From Candidatus Levyibacteriota bacterium (GTDB lineage Bacteria; Patescibacteriota; Microgenomatia; Levybacterales; UBA12049), in assembly GCA_963722305.1 (NCBI GenBank), contig CAVRKE010000002.1:522678-586677 (forward strand): a stretch of DNA of 64,000 bases, in the 5' to 3' direction. The notes beneath the pieces are model-generated. The model did not search any database, had not been told where the DNA came from, and saw only the letters and a program-made list of their open reading frames with translations. This document shows, in pieces, positions 36,493 through 45,053 of the stretch; the stretch's first letter is position 1, and each line of letters opens with the position of its first letter. A program made the translations under genes and the position numbers.

Positions 36493-37180
36493 AAAGGGAG
36501 GTAGTTATCTTTGCGAACAGTGCTTTACTTATCTTTCTTTTGATGCAAAATCGCTTTGCCTAGTTTGCAATAATCCTTCGTTTAATAATCTCTCCCATCC
36601 AGGCTGCAAACGTAAATATACCATTGACGGCTGCTTCTCCGCTCTTGCCTATAACAAGACCGTCCAAAAATTAATTTTTAATTTTAAGTACAAACCATAT
36701 TTAACCGATTTAAAAACGGTTTTAACCGATTTGTTTTACGAAAGCATTATCCAAAACGAACAGTTTAATAAGCAAATTAAAAGGGGAGAGTGGATTTTTG
36801 TGCCAATTCCGTTGTCACCAGCAAGGCTTCGCAAGCGCGGCTATAACCAGGCGGAAATTTTGGCTCAAGAGCTGTCGAAAAAATTTAACTTCCCGGTGCA
36901 AAATCTTTTGCAGAGAATAAAAGATACTCAAACACAAGTTGGCAGATCAAGTATCGAAAGAAAAATGAATATCAAAGACGTGTTCGAAATCATAAATCAT
37001 CCTTCGGCAAGCTCAGGCCATAGCGCTGAGAGCTCAGGCTCAAAGAGATTTCGCAAAAATTGCTCAATTTTCCTGGTGGATGATGTGGTGACAACCGGCT
37101 CAACACTTTTGGAAGCAGCCAAAATCCTCAAAAGAAATGGTGCGCAGAAAGTTTTTGGCTTGACACTGGCGAGGGATTAG
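36443..37180 (+). CDS. comF: ComF-family protein (competence protein F / PRTase-like)
   Basis: N-terminal double CxxC zinc ribbon (KKCVVCKK…CEQC…CLVCN). C-terminal PRTase motif IFLVDDVVTTGSTL. Confidence 0.6.
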   Translation: MMGFLDLVFPKKCVVCKKGGSYLCEQCFTYLSFDAKSLCLVCNNPSFNNLSHPGCKRKYTIDGCFSALAYNKTVQKLIFNFKYKPYLTDLKTVLTDLFYESIIQNEQFNKQIKRGEWIFVPIPLSPARLRKRGYNQAEILAQELSKKFNFPVQNLLQRIKDTQTQVGRSSIERKMNIKDVFEIINHPSASSGHSAESSGSKRFRKNCSIFLVDDVVTTGSTLLEAAKILKRNGAQKVFGLTLARD

Positions 37181-37701
37181 AGGTCGACTAAACCTAACAA
37201 GCGGCTGATAAGAGAAGGATTTTTTTTCTCGGCAGCCAGCGGAGCGCTTCCGGCAGGAGCAGAGACGGGCTCCGCAGATTCGGTTGTAACAGCAGTCGCT
37301 GTTTCTTCGGAAACAACCGGTGCAGCCTCAGGTTCCGATTCAGCGACCGGTTCAGCCGGTGCAGCAACAGATTCATCAGGAGCTGTTTCGGGAACAACCA
37401 TCATCGGGTCGGCTGTCAGTGCTGGTTCGGGTTGAGCAGCAGTTACCGGAGCCGCTTCCGGCTCAGATGCACCAGGAAGAACACCGTCTTCACTGGTTGT
37501 AAAAGATGGGTTTGCTACTTCCGGTTCGGGCACCGGTGAAGATACTCTTTGAGTAGGCTCAGTTGGAGTAGGCGTCAGCGGAGCAGCGGTTGTTGAGTCT
37601 GGGGTGACATCAGGCGTTAAATCAGGATTAATAGCCGGCGCCGGCGTTGTCGGTTCTACTGGTTGAATTATTGGGTCGGTTGGATTGGTTGTTTGATCCA
37701 T
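37177..37701 (-). CDS. Pro/Thr/Ala/Glu-rich low-complexity hypothetical protein
   Basis: 174-aa ORF with extreme compositional bias. Coding status uncertain. Confidence 0.3.
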   Translation of the reverse strand: MDQTTNPTDPIIQPVEPTTPAPAINPDLTPDVTPDSTTAAPLTPTPTEPTQRVSSPVPEPEVANPSFTTSEDGVLPGASEPEAAPVTAAQPEPALTADPMMVVPETAPDESVAAPAEPVAESEPEAAPVVSEETATAVTTESAEPVSAPAGSAPLAAEKKNPSLISRLLGLVDL

Positions 37702-37792
37702 GTATTTATTACTTTCACATATTTGCGCTTTTCTGTCAAGCAGGAAAAATGCTAGTTAGCTTTAATTTTAGCATAAGTTATATAATAAAAGC

Positions 37793-38449
37793 ATGCAGAT
37801 TTTCGGGACGGATTTTGATGGAGTAATTATTAACATTGAGCCGGAAAAAGCGGTTGTGTTTGCAGAACTAGTGAATCGCAAGTGGAAAGCGGATAAAAAC
37901 GAAGCGGCTAAGTTCTGGCGCGAATTTCTCGGGACATCGAGAAGGCACAAATTCGACCATTTCTACGAAAAGATGTTCGGGAAAAAGCTGGATGAACAGA
38001 CCTATCAGTTAATTAGAGCAGAATATGGTAATTATTTAAAAACAAATTTTTATCCAAAGGTCAAATTCCTTCCCGGCGCCCTCGAAATACTTAAATTGGC
38101 CCGTGAGAATTTCGATTTTACTTTTGTCTCGAGCGGCATGCCATTGGATGAAATCAATTATCTGATTCAACTTTTAGGGCTAACAGAGTATTTCGATGTG
38201 GTTTTAGGTACAGATAATGTCTATAAGTCAAAAAATGAACATTTTGCGGAATTACTTAAAGATAAGCATCCAGATTTATTCGTTTTCCTGGCCGATGGGG
38301 CTAAAGATATGGAAGTGGCCAAAAAATTCGGTGCTAAAGCAATCGCTGTTTTAACCAACCGTCCTAAAAAAGAACTCGTAAAAGCTGGGGCGGATTTTAT
38401 CTGCCAAACCCCGCTTGAGGCAATCCCAATTCTGCAAAAAATGCTCTAA
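37793..38449 (+). CDS. HAD-superfamily hydrolase
   Basis: Motif I FGTDFDGVI (DxDG). C-terminal …FLADGAKDMEVAKKFG… resembles motifs III/IV. Confidence 0.6.
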   Translation: MQIFGTDFDGVIINIEPEKAVVFAELVNRKWKADKNEAAKFWREFLGTSRRHKFDHFYEKMFGKKLDEQTYQLIRAEYGNYLKTNFYPKVKFLPGALEILKLARENFDFTFVSSGMPLDEINYLIQLLGLTEYFDVVLGTDNVYKSKNEHFAELLKDKHPDLFVFLADGAKDMEVAKKFGAKAIAVLTNRPKKELVKAGADFICQTPLEAIPILQKML

Positions 38450-38504
38450 TCCAGCCCCATAGATTGCAAAAATACGAGAATGTGGTAAGATAGCAAAACA
38501 AATT

Positions 38505-39788
38505 ATGGCTTCAGCAGAACATCCTTCAATAGGCGATAGAATACGCGGGATAAGAGCAAATTCACGATTAACCCGTGAGCGTTTGTCACCTGAATCACGT
38601 TCACAAATCTGGATGGAAAGATATGAATCTCCAAACGGAATGGTTGGGGCAGCTGCGCATTTCGGCGAAAGATTTCCTCGTTGGCGCGTTGACAAGATAA
38701 TCCGTGAGAAAGTAAAACAAGAGCCAAGCGAGACAACAGGCTTCGATGTCTTATATCGTACTCCGGAAGGAGAATCTTTAGCGGAAATAGATAACTATAT
38801 GGCCGATGTTGCAAAACGTATGGTAGAAGATGCTCTTAGACAAAAAGGTTGGAGCATAGACGAAGTTGATGTTTTAGATTTTACCAGTAGTATGGGGGAC
38901 TTAGGAACGGCTAGAAAGATAGCGACTGCTATCGGTATAAAAGATGAAGCTATTAGAAGCGGAAAAGTGAAAGTTACCGGAAAATATATTGCTTGTGACG
39001 GTTCGGGTAAGGCTTTATATGAAAGGCTTTCGGATGAACAAAGTCGGGGTAAAAAAGTACTGCTTTTATCAATTGATCCGGTTACCAGTTTAATGCCTTT
39101 TGATCCAAACAAAGTTGATTCTGCTTCAATGCAGATATTTTCAAACGGAGCTGCGGTACTTGCATATCAGCCGGGAATTGACATGAGACTTTTGCCGGGC
39201 ATTGGCATAACTGAAGGTCGTAAGGACGAAGAGGGAATTAGAGCAATTCCACGTTATTATAGGCATATTAAAGGTTTGGAAGGTGGTCCTTTATTTGTGT
39301 TTAACAACGACGGTGTAATCGAAGAGGTGACAAGTTATCCATATCCGAGTAACGAGAATGGTGAAATGCATCCGAGAAAAACCTTGGAATTTTTTGTTAA
39401 CAACGCTAGCGAAATACTGGAAAAAGTTTACAAAATGTATAAAGAGCGATATTCAGATAGAGAGCCGGATTTCGTGGTTGGCCATCATCCAAGCGCCCAA
39501 GTATTAGAGAGTCTTAGGCGTAAGATGACCAATGTTTTATTTGGCGGAACACGTAAAAACTATATTCCTACATTCTTAGATAAGATGAAATGGATTGTGA
39601 ATGACGGAAACTCAAGCGGATCAACTTCACTTATAGCTTTTAATCGCTTAATGGCAGATTATAAACCTGGGGAACACGGGTTATACATCAGTTTTGGGGC
39701 AGGCGGGTCGTTCACGGTATTCGGCATTGAGATAGGGCCGGGTAGTAAGGGAGTAGCTTCAGATCAACTTCAGACTTTAGCCGCTTAA
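38505..39788 (+). CDS. Thiolase-fold 3-oxoacyl-ACP synthase III (FabH)/type III PKS-like protein with ~130-aa N-terminal extension
   Basis: Active-site Cys context …GKYIACDGSGKALYE…; His region …VGHHPSAQVLESL…; C-terminal …GNSSGSTSLIAFNRLMADYKPGEHGLYISFGAGGSFTVFGIEI matches the FabH C-terminal domain (GNTSAASIPLAL…G…L…FGGG.TWG). Confidence 0.55.
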   Translation: MASAEHPSIGDRIRGIRANSRLTRERLSPESRSQIWMERYESPNGMVGAAAHFGERFPRWRVDKIIREKVKQEPSETTGFDVLYRTPEGESLAEIDNYMADVAKRMVEDALRQKGWSIDEVDVLDFTSSMGDLGTARKIATAIGIKDEAIRSGKVKVTGKYIACDGSGKALYERLSDEQSRGKKVLLLSIDPVTSLMPFDPNKVDSASMQIFSNGAAVLAYQPGIDMRLLPGIGITEGRKDEEGIRAIPRYYRHIKGLEGGPLFVFNNDGVIEEVTSYPYPSNENGEMHPRKTLEFFVNNASEILEKVYKMYKERYSDREPDFVVGHHPSAQVLESLRRKMTNVLFGGTRKNYIPTFLDKMKWIVNDGNSSGSTSLIAFNRLMADYKPGEHGLYISFGAGGSFTVFGIEIGPGSKGVASDQLQTLAA

Positions 39789-39795
39789 GGCCAAT

Positions 39796-39828
39796 AAAAA
39801 ACCCCGAACATTATGTCAGGGTTTTTTG
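39796..39828. terminator. Putative bidirectional terminator hairpin between CDS 38505..39788 and the tmRNA 3' end
   Basis: aaaaaaccccgaacattatgtcagggttttttgt: a GC stem (aaccc/gggtt) flanked by an A-run and a T-run. Confidence 0.35.
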
Positions 39829-40234
39829 TGGAGATGTCGAGCAATGAACTCGAGTCCAAGATAACATTATAAAAATTTCTACAAGCTTATCCGATTTTTA
39901 AGAGTCGCTTTATCCTTTTCCAGTCGGAAGGAATAAATAAAGTCAAGATTATAAATTCGATAAGGAACTAATCAGCCTCCTTATTATTTCCTAGGCTAAG
40001 TTTATGCCCTAAAAGTTCCACCTAGGAGAGAACTTAAAGGACACCTTCAATCGGCTTTAAGCAGCAAGTGCCAAAGCGGGTTGAGAGAGTCTAATGGACG
40101 GAAGCATTGCTGCTACCTTATCCATCAGACTTGAAATGCTAGTTTTAGCATTTATATTTGACTTGTTTTACGGCATTAAGTCATTGCCGGCTTGCAGTTT
40201 TTAAAGTGCGTTCTTGTCGATGCAATGCATCCCC
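39829..40234 (-). ncRNA. ssrA: tmRNA (ssrA)
   Basis: On the minus strand: 5' end GGGGAUGCAUUGCAUCGACAAGAACG… (cf. canonical GGGG.UG.AUUC.G.AUUCGACGGGA); tag reading frame ending …GCU UUG GCA CUU GCU GCU UAA (= …ALALAA*) at ~40057–40095; 3' tRNA-like end with T-arm UCGAG-UUCAUUG-CUCGA and acceptor strand CAUCUCC pairing with 5' GGGGAUG, including a G3·U wobble, plus discriminator A. Immediately downstream of smpB on the same strand. Confidence 0.65.
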
Positions 40235-40296
40235 AAGTCCTAGAATTATACACTGTTGTCTTCCAGATGTCAAATTTATCGAGCCTCAGCTTAGCT

Positions 40297-40731
40297 TCAG
40301 CTACCTATCTCGTGCTCGATATTTCTTTGGATGTCTTTTTTCTTAATTGATTCGCGCTTTTCATACTTTTTCTTACCCTTCCCAAGGGCAATTTCGACTT
40401 TGACAAAGCCGTGTTTAAAATAGAGCGAAACCGGCACTAAGCTCAAATTGGCACTTTGCATTTTCGACTTTAAAGCCAGAATTTCTTTTTTATGCAGCAA
40501 CAGCTTTCTGGTCCTTTTTTCATCATAATCCTCGACTTGCCCGCTTTGATAAGGCGAGATGGTGGTATTAACCAGATAAATTTCACTGCCGATAATTTTA
40601 ACGTAAGCGCCGGTTAAATCAGCCCGACCTAGCCGGACAGCTTTGACTTCCGAGCCAAACAAATTGATCCCTGCTTCCAGGGTTTCGGACAAACTATAAT
40701 CAAAATGAGCCTTCTTATTTGTAATTTTCAT
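40297..40731 (-). CDS. smpB: SsrA-binding protein SmpB
   Basis: 144 aa. …AHFDYSLSETLEAGINLFGSEVKAVRLGRADLTGAYVKI… is the conserved SmpB core. Confidence 0.85.
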   Translation of the reverse strand: MKITNKKAHFDYSLSETLEAGINLFGSEVKAVRLGRADLTGAYVKIIGSEIYLVNTTISPYQSGQVEDYDEKRTRKLLLHKKEILALKSKMQSANLSLVPVSLYFKHGFVKVEIALGKGKKKYEKRESIKKKDIQRNIEHEIGS

Positions 40732-40853
40732 GGTTCGACTGCGCTCACCACAAGTACTCTTATCTAACTCAAATTTTTACCGAGCTCAAGATAACAAGTA
40801 CTTGGACAAAAACGCAACACTATGATACTTTAAATGGTAATAAATGTAAATTC

Positions 40854-42341
40854 ATGGCCTATTTTAAAAAACATCTGGACTTGCTAATTTTACTGGTAAT
40901 TGGCATAGCTGCGTTTATCCGGGGAATAATGTTTCTGGACCCGGATTTTGGCTGGCATCTGCGAATGGGGCAATTAATCCTACAGAAGGGGATACCACTA
41001 ACAGATCCCTTCTCCTACACTATGCCCTCTTATCATTTTGTTGACCATGAATGGCTGACAAACATTTTTCTTTCTTTGGGCTATAAAACAGTCGGAATTT
41101 TAGGGTTGTCATTAGTTTTTAGCTTGATTTTTATGGCGGCACTATTTTTGGTAATTCCGCCAAAATTCAAAAATTATGCGCCTTTGCCGCTGGCTCTGGC
41201 CGGGGCAACCATGCTTGGTTTTAGCGGGATAAGAACGCAACTTGTCACCTGGTTTTTCCTGGCGCTACTCTTAAGGATTATTTTTACGGAAAAACTGTGG
41301 CAGAGATGGAAACTGCTTATTCCGCTCCTGTTTGTCCTTTGGGCCAACTTGCATGGTGGGTTTGCGGTTGGCATCATGCTCTTGTTTGCAGTTTTTATTT
41401 TTAAAACGCTGCAAAAAAGAAAGATTGAGTGGCAAATCTTAGTCATTACCAGCATTTCCTTACTGGTTACTCTTATTAATCCCTATGGCGTTGGCCTTTG
41501 GCATGAAATCTGGATGGTTGAATCGGACAATTTTGCCAGGTGGAGAATTGCCGAATGGTTTCCGGGAATTTTTTATCTGGATATTGCCATGCTTTGTCTA
41601 TTTACTCTATCTTTTTCTTTTATTCTTAGGTACAGAGAGAGCCTCGGGGGTTTAAAAATATTTGTTTATTTATTGCTGCTTTTCATGGCCGCTTCAAGCC
41701 TCCGACACGTTCCGTTGTGGGCTTTAAGCGCGATACCGCTCACCGCAGGAGCCATTAACTGTTTAAACGTAAAGGTCGGTAAAAAGAAAGAGGGCAAATT
41801 GAAACTGGCCAAACTAAAGACAGTGTTAACGCTCGTAATTGGGCTGATCCTGGTGTGGGAAATAGGTATTAGCATCAATGGTGCCTATAATTTTAGCGAA
41901 CAAAAATATTATCCTGTCCAGGCCGTAAATTTTCTCAGTAAGCAAAGTCTGAAGGGCAATTTATTTGCCAGCTACAACTATGGTGGTTACTTAATCTGGA
42001 AGCTACCGCAAAAAAAAGTGTTTATTGACGGCCGGATGCCGTCTTGGAGAAGAACAGGGGTTTATCCGAATGAGGCCAATTATATTTTTAAAGATTTTGT
42101 CAAAATGTCCGAAGATAAGAACTACTTTAAGCAAATGCTACAAAAATATCACGTCCAATACGTGCTTTTACCGGTTGCAAAAACTGCAAATAATAAAGAC
42201 ATACTTCCGCCCCAGATTAGGAAAATTATCCAGAATATACTGTGGGGGGGGCCGCATGGGGCGGTTTTTACTATGGATTTAAGTAGTTTGGGAATGAAAA
42301 AAATTTATAACGACGGACAGTTTGTTATTTACAAATGGTAA
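40854..42341 (+). CDS. Polytopic membrane protein, GT-C-type glycosyltransferase-like
   Basis: 495 aa. About 11 N-terminal TM helices with a C-terminal soluble domain, an architecture like ArnT/PMT-family glycosyltransferases. Tentative. Confidence 0.4.
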   Translation: MAYFKKHLDLLILLVIGIAAFIRGIMFLDPDFGWHLRMGQLILQKGIPLTDPFSYTMPSYHFVDHEWLTNIFLSLGYKTVGILGLSLVFSLIFMAALFLVIPPKFKNYAPLPLALAGATMLGFSGIRTQLVTWFFLALLLRIIFTEKLWQRWKLLIPLLFVLWANLHGGFAVGIMLLFAVFIFKTLQKRKIEWQILVITSISLLVTLINPYGVGLWHEIWMVESDNFARWRIAEWFPGIFYLDIAMLCLFTLSFSFILRYRESLGGLKIFVYLLLLFMAASSLRHVPLWALSAIPLTAGAINCLNVKVGKKKEGKLKLAKLKTVLTLVIGLILVWEIGISINGAYNFSEQKYYPVQAVNFLSKQSLKGNLFASYNYGGYLIWKLPQKKVFIDGRMPSWRRTGVYPNEANYIFKDFVKMSEDKNYFKQMLQKYHVQYVLLPVAKTANNKDILPPQIRKIIQNILWGGPHGAVFTMDLSSLGMKKIYNDGQFVIYKW

Positions 42342-42343
42342 GT

Positions 42344-44122
42344 TTATTTTAAGTCAATTTCGTAGATTTTTCCGCCGGAGAGAACATAGGCCTTTTTATC
42401 TTTTTCCAGCACTTCAAAATCTTTGGCATTTTTTATTACATTGGCTTGGTATTGGTTTTTATAGTTGCCGCTTTTGTCAAAAACGACCATTCTGGAGTTG
42501 CCGTTATCAAGAATATAAAGATTAGTATCGCCAATGCTGGTAAAAATTCCGCTTGGGTTTAGAAGCGGTTTGTCCAGGCCGTTCAAAGAAAAACTATCCG
42601 CGTTGCCCCTAGTGTATTTGGTTGCCGTTCCGTCGGATAACAGAACGTAAACATCACTATCGATGGCCATCGAAACCGCTTTGGATAAATCGGGCTGAGT
42701 GCCAGTGAAATAATTGCTTTTGGAAAATCCCGAGTCGGTCTGCACATATTTTAAAATCTGGTTTTGCTTTTTGTCCAAAACATAGATATTACCAAAATAA
42801 GTTGACAGCCCGCCCGCCTCCTGCCAGTCCCCGCTATTAGTGATAAGAGTTTTTTTATTGGAACCGTCCGGATTTAAGGAAAAAACCTGGTCCGTCGTCA
42901 GTCCGTAAATATAACTGTCATCTTCGGTAAAGTATAATCCGCTATTTTTGCTTTCCGCCGAAAGCAGCGAGCTAACGCTTGGGTCAACTTGTTTTGCTTG
43001 GGTAGCGGTTACGCCGGAAGTTTGATTAAGAGCGAGATTGACTTTATCAAGTAAGCTAAGTACCTGCTTTTCCTCGGTTGAGTTTTTGGGAAGTTTGTCT
43101 TTACCGTTTTCAAGAATATTTTGGGCCTCGGAAAAACTATTCCGCGCCAGGTTTTGGTTTAGGCTGGCTAAACTCTGCCCTTCGTCATAGGCTTTTTGCG
43201 CCTGAGGATAAATGCTTTGGAAAGCAGCTTGGGTTTTTTCGTTTTGCTGTTTATTGATGGCAAAAATAATGCTAGCGACAAAAACAATTAAGATGATGGC
43301 GACAATGGTTAAGATTACTTTTCTGGAGTGGTTTAAACCGTAGGTTTGTGGCAGCTTTATTCTGGACGAAAAGTTAGCGATCATAGCTTTTGCTTTGTCA
43401 ACGATGTTAATTTTTTCCGCTACGCTCGGAGCGTAGAAAGGCGACTGGCTAGTTTCTGTACTGAGGGTTTCTGCTGCGCTTTCCGGCTCCTCCAAAGAAG
43501 CGGCAAGGGCTTCTTCTGCCGCTGCCTTGTAATTGACGATTATCGCCGTTGCACCCGCCTCTTCCTTTTCGTGGACTAAAGGCGCCAGATTTTCGGCCGC
43601 TTCCGCCGGCGAGAGGTTATCCATAAACTCGGTCAGGGTACCAATGGAAATGATGTCCGAGAACTGTTTGGTCTGAAGAATAATAATATCGCCGTCTTGC
43701 AAAAAACCCGAAGCCACTTTGAGTGAAGTCTGGGGAAGGTCTTTGGCTTCCAAGAGATTGCCCAATTTTTCCCCTCTTTTTAAAGCAACACTGCCATTGC
43801 CTAAAACATAAACATATAAGACGTTATTAACCACAGAGCCGATGACGAAAGAGCAGTTTACTTCTGGGGGAATTTTTGTAGAGGTTGTCGTTACGGCCTG
43901 TTTTATTGATTCCAGGTCCTTAGTTTCCAGTGTAAAAAACTCCTGTTCTAGCGTATCCAAAATTTCTTTGCCTAAAACATTTAAGTAGTCTTTTTCCGGG
44001 GATTCTTCTTCGGTTTCCAAAGACAACACCGCAAACAACTTGCCGGCGTTATAGGCCTGCGACCAGGAGTAGGCATTTGGATTCGCCACGATTTTTGCAA
44101 AAGTCAGGTTTGATTCAGGCAT
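42344..44122 (-). CDS. Membrane-anchored protein with C-terminal β-propeller-like repeats
   Basis: 592 aa. Central TM helix (…VILTIVAIILIVFVASIIFAI…). C-terminal repeats of the YVLD/YVLL type (…NIYVLDKKQNQILKY…, …DVYVLLSDGTATKY…, …NLYILDNGNSRMVVFD…, …AYVLSGGKIYEIDLK) resemble NHL/YVTN blades. Confidence 0.4.
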   Translation of the reverse strand: MPESNLTFAKIVANPNAYSWSQAYNAGKLFAVLSLETEEESPEKDYLNVLGKEILDTLEQEFFTLETKDLESIKQAVTTTSTKIPPEVNCSFVIGSVVNNVLYVYVLGNGSVALKRGEKLGNLLEAKDLPQTSLKVASGFLQDGDIIILQTKQFSDIISIGTLTEFMDNLSPAEAAENLAPLVHEKEEAGATAIIVNYKAAAEEALAASLEEPESAAETLSTETSQSPFYAPSVAEKINIVDKAKAMIANFSSRIKLPQTYGLNHSRKVILTIVAIILIVFVASIIFAINKQQNEKTQAAFQSIYPQAQKAYDEGQSLASLNQNLARNSFSEAQNILENGKDKLPKNSTEEKQVLSLLDKVNLALNQTSGVTATQAKQVDPSVSSLLSAESKNSGLYFTEDDSYIYGLTTDQVFSLNPDGSNKKTLITNSGDWQEAGGLSTYFGNIYVLDKKQNQILKYVQTDSGFSKSNYFTGTQPDLSKAVSMAIDSDVYVLLSDGTATKYTRGNADSFSLNGLDKPLLNPSGIFTSIGDTNLYILDNGNSRMVVFDKSGNYKNQYQANVIKNAKDFEVLEKDKKAYVLSGGKIYEIDLK

Positions 44123-44139
44123 GTCTGTTTAAGTATTGG

Positions 44140-44373
44140 CTATAGTATAACAAGCGCTGTCAAAAAAAGCGAAACCGCCACCGCAAAAAGCAAAACAGCA
44201 GCCGTCTTTACAATTGAAGAGGAATTGTCATCATTGACAATCGTATTCATGGTGTTGACCTGTTTAATAACGACCAAAAGGAAGATGATAAAAGCCAGAT
44301 CAAGAATTAAAACCCCTCCTTTGACAAAAGAATTCATTTGCGATAGCACTAAGAAATGAGTCAAATTATTCAT
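44140..44373 (-). CDS. Small membrane protein (hypothetical)
   Basis: 77 aa with two hydrophobic segments. 8-bp overlap with the upstream gene. Confidence 0.3.
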   Translation of the reverse strand: MNNLTHFLVLSQMNSFVKGGVLILDLAFIIFLLVVIKQVNTMNTIVNDDNSSSIVKTAAVLLFAVAVSLFLTALVIL

Positions 44374-45046
44374 GTTGTTTGCCGATTAAACCCTCAATTA
44401 CATGTACGATTTCTTCAGGCTCCGGGGCCGATTCAAAAGTAAAGTTATCCAAAGAGCCGGCAGTTTGGATTAAAATATCGCCATAGTCAAAAAAACTGCG
44501 GATAACCCCAACCTGGGCATAACTGACGTCTTGAACCAGGCTTAATTTGGTGGTGGCGACATCTTTATAAACCAAGCCGGAGAAATCAACATCAATCACC
44601 CGTCTATCGGTGATTAAGGCGACATTATAGTACCAGGTGATGAAGTTAATATATAAGTAGGTTGCGATTGCCAGATAATAGGTAACAAAAAAAACAAGGT
44701 AAAACTTAAAAGTAAGAAAAGCAAACGGATTTTTAAACAAGTGCTGTGCGAGCAAAAGCAAAAGCGGCAGTACCGCCAGAAAAAGTCCGATTAAAATCCA
44801 TTTGGCGTTGGTCATAAAATCTCTCCTGAAAAAAAGGAGGACTTTTTCTCCTTCCTCTTGAGTTTGGAAAGAGATACCGTCCGGGGCTTTGCAAAAAGAA
44901 GAAAATAAATGGACTGTATTTTTGGGGATGGTTAATGGGGGAACAAACGGGAATGATTTATCTCTTTTTTCCTGCTTTTCCAAAGTATAAGGTTCTTCGG
45001 GAATAACGCTTTTTGCTTTCGGTTCGGCGACAAAAATATCCGGCAT
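44366..45046 (-). CDS. Membrane protein with bacterial PH (bPH_2/DUF304, YdbT-like) domain
   Basis: Two TM helices, then …WYYNVALITDRRVIDVDFSGLVYKDVATTKLSLVQDVSYAQVGVIRSFFDYGDILIQTAG… typical of DUF304. Confidence 0.45.
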   Translation of the reverse strand: MPDIFVAEPKAKSVIPEEPYTLEKQEKRDKSFPFVPPLTIPKNTVHLFSSFCKAPDGISFQTQEEGEKVLLFFRRDFMTNAKWILIGLFLAVLPLLLLLAQHLFKNPFAFLTFKFYLVFFVTYYLAIATYLYINFITWYYNVALITDRRVIDVDFSGLVYKDVATTKLSLVQDVSYAQVGVIRSFFDYGDILIQTAGSLDNFTFESAPEPEEIVHVIEGLIGKQHE

Positions 45047-45053
45047 AAATCTA

